From: Paraspadella gotoi
Lineage: Eukaryota > Animalia > Chaetognatha
Direction of reading: 5' to 3'
Length of the DNA: 64,000 nucleotides
NCBI GenBank assembly: GCA_051294375.1
Contig: CM119268.1
Location: forward strand, 11,719,585 to 11,783,584
A program made the translations under genes and the position numbers. The notes beneath the pieces were generated by a model. It was not told where the DNA came from. It saw only the letters and a program-made list of their open reading frames with translations, and did no database searches. The stretch's first letter is position 1, and every line of letters starts with the position of its first letter. This document shows positions 1-9,800 of this stretch, piece by piece.

Positions 1-1564
1 GATTGTTGTTTTTATTTCTTGCTATCCGACATCTAATTTGATAAAGATGATGATTGCTCAGCTGAGAATAATGTCATTGTGGAAAAAAATGACAATCTCA
101 GATAAACTGGAAGATATATGTACTGCAAACATAAAAACTTAATATACCGTAGATCTATAAATATAACTACAATGCATACCACTTTCACTAACTTGTTATA
201 ATTATAATTATAATTATAATTATAACCAAACCTTAATGTAAGCGAATATTTTCCCCGCCAGTGAGAATTTCGGGGATTCCTTTGAAAATATTAGAAAATT
301 CTCCGAACTCAAATGAGTTCTGAGGGTTTTCGCCTAAAATTTTAGCTGAAGGCAACTTTTTTTAAATCTTTTTACTTTTTTTTGTGTAAATTTTGAATTT
401 TTCATTCCCTAGGATCCTCTCCTCATTAGCCGCTTGGGGAGCGAGTTAGGGAGGAAGAGAGAATGAAAGAGAGAGANNNNNNNNNNNNNNNNNNNNNNNN
501 NNNNNNNNNNNNNNNNNNNNNNNNNNNNNNNNNNNNNNNNNNNNNNNNNNNNNNNNNNNNNNNNNNNNNNNNNNNNNNNNNNNNNNNNNNNNNNNNNNNN
601 NNNNNNNNNNNNNNNNNNNNNNNNNNNNNNNGAGAGAGAGAGAGAGTTAATTTCATCTGATTTTGAGTCCGAAACGGCGGCCTTTATTTCGTTTCCCTTA
701 ATCCCGAGAACGACCGACTTCCTTCGCCTGCTCTCTTCCCCAGCTCATCCCCATCACATCTTTCTCTATTCTCCATCAGCTTTTCTCGCCCCTCTTCCCT
801 CCCCCTTTCCTCCCAGCATTCCCCCCTTTTTCCCCTTTTTTCCTCCCCCTTTCAATCTCACCCGTCGCGATGCCCGCGGGCGGTGAGAGGGTAATGAAGT
901 CTGTTCACAGCCGACATCACAGTTCCCTCCTTCGACGTGGACGTCGCTTTCCATCACAGTTCACAGTTCCAACGCTACCGGCCTATCACAGACCGTTACC
1001 GTTATCACTGGTTTCGCATGAGTAAACAGGTTTCTCTCGATATCTCAAACCGATTATATGTCAAAGTTTACACTTTCAATTGAAGAAAGAACCAAGTATT
1101 TAAAATGTGAAAAAAAAAGTTCCTCGGTATTAAATTGCGTCAATGTAAAGCAAAAGTACCGCATTTATTAGAACGAAAACGCGTATTCGCAATCTCTTTG
1201 GCGTTTTGGACAAGCTTCACTCTTCTCAATCGCCAAATAAAAAATTCTCTCGTCTAACGAAGGCGGGCGAAAGGAAAACAATCATCACGAAAACCTCGAG
1301 TGGAGTTTTTTTGATGAAGCCGGTACATCGCGATAAACAAACAAATAGAATGAACCATTAAAGTAAACAAACGAAAATAAGACTCAGGTTTTCTCCTCCT
1401 TTGAGAACTGACCTTGCCTCACNNNNNNNNNNTTTTGTGATACACCCTCATTCTCACTCACCCACCTCTCGACGTTGAACCCTCTCTCGATATGAGTTGG
1501 CTTGTTTTTCCGGCCTCATTGACTCCATATGTCCCAGAGGCTGGAAAAGACCCCTTTTCTAGAG

Positions 1565-1568
<4 letters not shown>

Positions 1569-1655
<87 letters not shown>
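1569..1655. repeat. (AG)n microsatellite, representative of many in the window (e.g. 28270-28535, 31760-31840)
   Basis: Direct inspection. Confidence 0.95.
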
Positions 1656-1659
<4 letters not shown>

Positions 1660-2681
1660 ATACGAAGGGTCGTCTATTCCCTCATCCAAATCGCTTTTTA
1701 TCAAGACCGCCTGGTCAACGAGGGGCGGGAAGGAAGAGGAGGAAGCGTCGGAGGAGGCGGAGGAAGAAGAGGAGAAAAGGGAGGAAAGACTGGAGGAGGA
1801 GGAGGAGGAGGAGGAGGAGGAGGAGGAAGAAGAGTAGGAAAGAAGGAGAATTCGAAACAGATTTGCCGGGAGAAGAGCAAAAAAAATTCTGGAAAGATAA
1901 TATATAACGAAAGAAGATGGGGATGAAAATTGATGGAATAAAAAAAGGGGAAGGAGGAACAGGCAGGTAAATGAATGTGAAGAAAAAACATGACATTTCA
2001 GTTTTTATTTATTATTTTTTTTAATAGTGATTTTGTTTGTTGATAAAAATGACAAATTATTCGCAATGTCGTTATTTTTTATGATTATTTTGTCATCTTT
2101 TAATATTGTTTTCGATGATGTCAACCTTTTCCAGTCTCGTCTCGTCTCGTCTCGTCATTTTTGTCATTTTTTTACGAAAGTCTCTTACCGAATGTATTTT
2201 TCTTGACCATATCTTTCTTGTGAAAAAATTATACCGTTTTTCTTTTGAAAATGGTTCGTTGCACTAAATAGAAAAATACTGGAATTCCGAATGAATGAAG
2301 GAGAGAAGAAGAAATTCCCCGCGGGATTTCGTCTTCATCGTCGCTGATGTATTTTTCGTTGTTTGCATTTTCTCTCGTAATCAATATTCATTGGGAAAAA
2401 GGGAGGAAAAGAAATGCTTTTAATGAGAAAAAAAAAGAAATAGAATAAAAGAAGATAAAAATGAAAACAAGATATGAATGATTTTATTTTTTTTCATTTT
2501 CTTTTTTTTTTCAATATTTTTTTTTTCAACCTCCGGGGATTTTTTCCCTACGATTCCCTTACCTCGGGGCCAACTCCGTTTTTCCATACAAACAAAAGGC
2601 ATAAATTGACGGTGTTTTTTTTTCGACTCGCGCGCTCAGCAGATGTCGCTCTAATGTAAATGAAGAGAGAGAGAGAAACGA

Positions 2682-2720
<39 letters not shown>

Positions 2721-3867
2721 CCTGGCGGCAATTCGAGGAATTTTTTCTGAAAAAATTCTCACTCGCGTTCGATTTTCCGTTTTGTTTGTGTTTTTTTCTA
2801 TATTTCCGCTCGAAGCGTTCCACGGGCGACACCTCAGGGAAGCGATTGGCCGCGCTCAACAAAAGGGCGGGGCGAAGGAAGATGACGACGACGACGAAAA
2901 CGACGACGAAGACGAAGACGAAGAGGATGGAGAGGAAAAACGTCGAAACCTGGCATCGGACAGCCCCATGGCAAATCTCTCTCTCTCTTTCTCTCTCTCT
3001 CTCTTTTTTTTTTCTTTCTCTCTGATCGATATATCGGCCAACGCCGCAGTGTCGTGCAGACTTTGCCTTGGATTAAAATCATTCGTTTTTCCCATGTTTA
3101 TGTTTTCGGAAAAATGAGTTGATAGATAGTAAGAAATAAGTTGTTTACGATTAAATATTTAATAACGGTTTTGTTTTTGTCTAAGAATAAGTTATGTTAA
3201 AGAAAATTCAAAATTGAATAATATAAAATTTAAATAAAAGTAAAGTAAAAAACAGATTTAATAGAATAAAGCATATACAGAATTAAGAAACAAAGATTGT
3301 GATGTAAAGAAAAACAAATTAAAATGAATTACAGTATAACCGTATAATTGAAATGAGAAAAATACTAGCTGCTCATTTGTTCACCTTCTCGTCGAAAAAC
3401 CTTCGGATAAAACCTTCTAGCGATCTCTAACGATTGTATTCAAATCAAAATGCAAAATAAACTTTTATAGCTTCTCCTAAGCTCCTAAGCTTTCTTCTAT
3501 TTGTTCTATTAAAATACTAATGAAATTTGAGTAAGATATTGAATTATACATCATACATTACTTGCCAAAAAGTGCGTAATAATTAAAAAGAAAAAGGGTG
3601 AAGGAGATGGCTAAAGTTGTGAACAAACACTTGAACACCATTTTCTACTTTTGATAAAAGACATACAAGTAAAAATAGAATAAAAAACAATGAAACAAAA
3701 AAAGCAAAACTGTGTCGTTTTCCTATAGAAAACTTCGGACCCCACTTTTCTTGTCTCCCATTTAAATTCTCTTTTAGTCGGATTAAGAATACGGTAATAA
3801 TTTTTTTTTTGGGCACCCTCACTTGACTAGGGTGAGGCGAAATCTATTTTTAGATCCAAATCTCGTT

Positions 3868-6800
3868 TCAAACGTCTTTCCCCCCGACGCGGCCAATACA
3901 GCAGAGGCACAACCCGTACCGACAGAAAAAGCCGACGACGAATTGGAAAAACTCCAAAACAGTCAGCACCGACACTCCGACGAAGAGGCCCAAGTGACCG
4001 CCGATGGCTCCCAGAAGATCCTCCAGCGATTTCGAATTCTCCTGAAGTCAAAAATATTTTTAAAAATAAAATATAGTATATATATATTACAAGTTATAAA
4101 GCATAATAGGACAGCGCATCATTACAAGAAAGTAATTGCAAGTAAGTCCCGTTTCCAAACTAATATATAATATTTAATATTATAAAATTAATTACAGACT
4201 TTTTCATATTGTAAAAAAATGTTAAATTCTGACCCGCCTTATTATCCACTTTTACCACTGCCACCGGGTCTACCTCAGTAACTTTCAAGAATCGCTCCGG
4301 CATGACGACTTTGATCTCGGTCGTTGCTGCGACGTTGCTGTTGCTGCCGCAGGGGCTGCTCGTGAAGGAGAGCGACAATTCCGTGGGCGAGGCCGGGCAC
4401 GTCTCCTTGCAGCCAGAGAAGGGCCGGGTGCTTTCGAGAATAGAGGTGCTGCAGGAACGGTCTGCGAGAAGGCGATCGAATTTCATTTCAAAGTCAAAGC
4501 TTAATCATGATTGAATTGGCTTTCTCAACGTGATTAAGATTACATGGTAAGCTGGGTGCGAAATAGTTTAAAGTTTCGAAGTGTTTCTGCTAAGTTGTTA
4601 GGAAATCTGGTGGGTAAAATTATTTATAGACCAGTAAAATCGTGCAAGAAAAACTAATATGTAGTTTTGTTCTAATGTCAAAGCTCAAACTTTTTTTTCA
4701 GATTAACATCGATAGTTGGTTCGGCCAAGACGACGACTTTCGACATACAAACTGGAGAGTTTACGGACCTTGGAACTCGAGCAACATTTTCCTATTCAGA
4801 ATTCGCGTTCGTAGTCGAATGAATACGTTATGGCAAGCCGGGTTGCCTGTGATGCCCATTGGGATGGGGCATCTCACTGGTTGGCTTTGGGGGCTTCCGA
4901 CCTCAGTGACGCCTCCAGTCATTGGCGCGGTTACCCTAGGACGGTCTCGCTTTGCCAACGCAGAGGGAAGTCGTTTAGGACTGTGGATGGAACACTACGC
5001 CTGGGATGGTGTGTTCCCCCTCTGAGCCAATGGATTGGCTGAAGGATGGTGGACGTGAGGCGTGTGAATATACCGCACAACGTCTTCCATGGAAACAAAC
5101 TATATCATAGAAGGCCCTTTTTCTTTTAGGCTCATCGCCTTTAACGGAGACGACGACAAGTACGACGACGACCACAACGACGATGACGCAAACGACAACG
5201 ACGACGAAGAAACCAACAACGACCACAACAAAGAAAACAACCAAACCGACAACAACTACGAAAAAAACGACCACATACTCCAATGAAAACAACGACGAAG
5301 ACAACAACGGACTACAACAACTACGAAAGCGAGACAAACTACAACAACGACCACGACGACCAAGGCGAAGGATGCAGGTTTGAAATTACTCGAGAAAAAC
5401 AACCTACATATTAAACAACCTACATATTCGATTCTTTTAACGTCATCTCATGTACTGTTAATTTAACGATGAAAACGTTCAATTTCATAATGGAGTACAT
5501 TGCAGAAAAAAAAAAGAGAAAATTATGAAATTTCCATATATTTCGACATATGTTTCTATGTCATTTTCAGTGGAAGTAAGAGAGTTAACAAGCAAACTTT
5601 TACAAAGAAAGAAATAATGAGAGTGGAACTGTTTTTTTTGGGGGGGTTCTTCTGACCACTTTAAGGTCATTTAGTCTTTAGCCTTTTCATTGTTATTGTG
5701 TCTCTCTCTCATTATTTTTTTCTCTTGTAAAAGTTTTGCTTGTTAACTCTCTTACTTCCACTGAAGATGACATAGAAACATATGTCGAAATATATGGAAA
5801 ATTTATAATTTTCTCTTTTTTTTTTCTCTGCACTGTACTCCATTATGAAATTGAACGTTTTCAGAAAACCNNNNNNNNNNNNNNNNNNNNNNNNNATATG
5901 TAGGTTGTTTAATATGTAGGTTGTTTTTCTCGAGTAATTTCAAACCTGCATCCTTCGCCTTGGTCGTCGTGGTCGTTGTTGTAGTTTGTCTCGCTTTCGT
6001 AGTTGTTGTAGTCGTTGTTGTCTTCGTCGTTGTTTTCATTGGAGTAGTGGTCGTTTTTTTCGTANNNNNNNNNNCGGTTTGGTTGTTGTTTTCTTTGTTG
6101 TGGTCGTTGTTGGTTTCTTCGTCGTCGTTGTCGTTTGCGTCATCGTCGTTGTGGTCGTCGTCGTACTTGTCGTCGTCTCCGTTAAAGGCGATGAGCCTAA
6201 AAGAAAAAGGGCCTTCTATGATATAGTTTGTTTCCATGGAAGACGTTGTGGCGGTATATTCACACCGCCTCACGTCCACCTCCTTCACAATCCTTGGCTC
6301 AGAGGGGGAACACACCCCTCCCAGGCGTAGTGTTCCATCCACAGTCCTAAACGACTTCCTCTGCGTTGGCAAAGCGAGACCGTCCTAGGGTAACCGCGCC
6401 AATGACTGGAGGCGTCACTGAGGGTCGGAAGCCCCCAAAGCCAACAGTGAGATGCCCCCATCCCAATGGGCATCACAGGCAACCCGGCTCTGTGCCATAA
6501 CGTATTCATTCGACTACGAACGCGAATTCTGAATAGGAAAAATGTTGCTCGAGTTCCAAGGTCCGTAAACTCTCCAGTTTGTATGTCGAAAGTCGTCGTC
6601 TTGGCCGAACCAACTATCGATGTTAATCTGAAAAAAAAAGTTTGAGCTTTGACATTAGAACAAAACGATGNNNNNNNNNNGTAAACTCTCCAGTTTTTAT
6701 GTTGAAAGTCGTCGTCTTGGCCGAACCAACTGTCGATGTTAATCTGAAAAAAAACTTTGAGCTTTGACTTTAGAACAAAACGATGTAAAGAAAATCTTAA

Positions 6801-9800
6801 AGAAAGAAATATTTTCTAAATGATGTTTTAAACGAAAAGTATTCGCCAAAAGTAAGGTCGACTCACCATGCCCAATTCCGCTCCATTAACATCGATGAAC
6901 TTTCCTCGCTGCAGAGAGAGAATGTCTCTTTTCAAATTGCCTCGGATCGTGAGTCTTGCCCGTCGCTGCCTCATCTCATCCCAAGGCGGACACACCGTCC
7001 AGGTCTTAACTCGCGGCGAACTAGATAACAGTGAAAATAGCATTTCAACCGCTTTTAATGATCTAATTTAATCATTTTATCATTATCTCTTTATATTTTT
7101 TCAAATGTGTATTTAACTTACCCTAAGAATCTTCCTTCGTCGAACTTGAATCGGCAAGCGACCTCACCGCCGCTTATGAGAGCCACCGTGAATCCCGCTG
7201 TCGAATACGCGGCGTTTTCTGTCCCGATAAAAAGTTCGAGCCCAGTGTTGTTCGCGCTTTCCAGTTCGTCTTTGGGAATCGAGAAAAATTATTCAAACTT
7301 AATATATACACCTACTATTACATCCGGCGATTGTTTGTTCGCGGTCTTCATTGTAAAATATTTCTAAAACACAATGTTTTGGCAATACATCTTTAGTGTT
7401 GGGTATGAAATGCCCTATCGCTCGATAAAAAGTTATGAATAAAAAATCCTTTCCCTCTTCCAAATAGAGTACGTATATACGTATATTCATTTAAAAAAGA
7501 AAAAGAAATTAAATTAAAAATATCCTTCTTCACTCGTGCCTCACCCGTCCCGTTTCGTTGACAAATGAAGGGCAACTCCTTATCGCAGGAAGCATCATTC
7601 CACATCTTCACTTTCGGAAAATTCACGGATAGACAATCTTCGTTTCCTCTTTTGTCGTTGGGTTCACCTTGGTTCCACTGAACTGGCGACCCAGTTTGGC
7701 TCACAGGCGAACCGTCTAGCCACCGCCAATCTCCCTCCTTCTCGATGTCAGAGGCGCCCGCCCAAAACGGTTTCGAGTCGCATGGGAACAGGTTACTCGC
7801 CGCGTCAATCAGTTCTTGACTAAACAAATGAAAAGTGAATTAAATATCTGTTTGAAGTGACCGAGAGGAGAGGTCGTCATCATGCCCCGGCGACTGAAGA
7901 TTGGAAAGCCCCCAAACTTAGTGTGCCCAGTAGGTCTTAAACATTTTTTCGTGCTTTCTGGAACTCTTAATCTAGTAGTAGACTTGAGAGCGGTGGTTTA
8001 ATCGGCCCGCCACTATCTCACAAGGATCCTCAGAACCAGGGCGAGAACACGGGTCCGATGGGGGTAGAGCGGAACAGCCGCTGCAGGTTCGCTACTTCTC
8101 TGATACACGTGATCTCACTTTCCCATTTCTATCTCATCAATCACATTTAACGTCTAACCTGTCAAGGACGACCAATCTCATTCCTCGATCCTCGCAGGCC
8201 GCCTTTGCTTTTCCCCATATTCTTTTTCTTCGATCAGCGACAAGGATCGATCCGTCGACGCATTCCACGTCGGTCGGTCCTTCCTCGCTTCCGCCTTCGC
8301 TTCCGCCTTCGCTTTCGCGCTGGCTTCCGCTTTCGCTTCCAACAGATTCACTCTTTCCTCTTCTCGCTTTTCTGTGACGTCTTTTCGCGTCAGCTCTGCC
8401 GCTCTCACGGATGATTTGGGCGCTTCTTTTTTTTCTCTTATCCCCACAAGCATTTTTTTCCTTTTTGCCTTTGCTGCTTTTACTGCCGTGACTTCCGCTG
8501 CTTTGACTGCTTCTCCCTCGCCTCCTCGTCGCTTCGCCGTCGACGCTTCCATCAAGGACTTCGGATATCGATCCCAATAATCTTCCTTTGCAAGTTTTGC
8601 TTTTCAGCGAATCCGTTTTAACTCCTGACAGAAGGGAATTATGAATTAAAACAACAATCTTATTAACCTGGTTACTAAATTAATTTTAATTCGTCGAGAG
8701 CCGCTCACTTCGTCTCAAGGTAGCAACATCGTCGGGAGAAATTTTCTCCTCGTTTTTTTTCACGTCGATGGTTGTAAGTTGGTCACTTTGGCCGGCCCGT
8801 TGCGATCTGCGATCTTGCGATCTGCCAACGCCCCTGGATTTCGAGGACTGGGTGTCGCCTGAATCGTCATCGTCGACGCATTTCTCTTCCTCCTCTTCCT
8901 GCTCTTCCTTCTCCAGCACGAACTTTTCCTCGTCTTTGTCTCCAAAAGGCTTCATCTCGCAATCTTTCTTTTTCATCATCTGAAGAGACGACATGTGTTC
9001 CAAGACACGATATTTAGTTAGCAATTAGAAATTGAACCCTTCTCAACTCATTATTATTATGTATAGATTATTATATGTTAATTTTATTATGTTTATAATA
9101 AAAATATTACGAAATATGTATTACGTAAATGCTTTCGATCCATAAAGCTTACTCAGCCAATGATCAATATATGCCACTGTATTCTAAAGCCGGAATTATC
9201 TTTGTTCTGAGAAGTTTAAAAGCGACAGGCTAGCGTCATATTTATTAATCTTGTTTCTTCCTCAAGCTTTCCTTTTAACACATTCGTCCATACAGCGTCA
9301 GTGTCATAAATGTGGTCTTGAAGGTCGGAGTGGGTTCATTTCCGGTCGGCGCTCTGTTGAAAATCGTTTAAGGTGGCAAAGTTTAAAAATTTGAGAGGAG
9401 AGAAAGAGACCGGTCGTAAGTCGCCCTAATATTCAAAATATTTTTTTTTCTTGAAAAAAAAAAAAAAGAAACAATTTGACAGTTGAAACGATAAAAAGCT
9501 GAGCATTGATTTGGTGGACTTAAAAATCACCAAACCGTTCATCCAGCGGGGTGCAGAGGCAAGATTATTTGCCTCCCAACTCCAAAGGGTCCGGCCGTTC
9601 AAGCAGCCTAGCCTAGGCCTAGCCTAGCCCTAGCCTCCGCCTAGCCTGAGCTATTAAAGTAGGACAGGCTCCAGAGGAACTCTTTATATTAAACGGTTCT
9701 TGTCATTAAATACTACTTATATTGGATAATCCGTTTCTTTTTCGTTGTAAAGATTTAGAGAAAAACAAGTTTTATTAGTTTCAGACGGAAATTTGTTTTT

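Noticed and set aside
1492-3117. ORFs with ERER, poly-G, poly-E and poly-T tracts
   Set aside because: Translations of microsatellites with no domain or splice support; the same applies to similar ORFs at 26-36 kb and 54-56 kb.
6867-7020. Two in-frame TGA codons as possible selenocysteine or readthrough
   Set aside because: No SECIS recognised; a single 1-nt indel, common in this assembly, restores an open phase-compatible frame.
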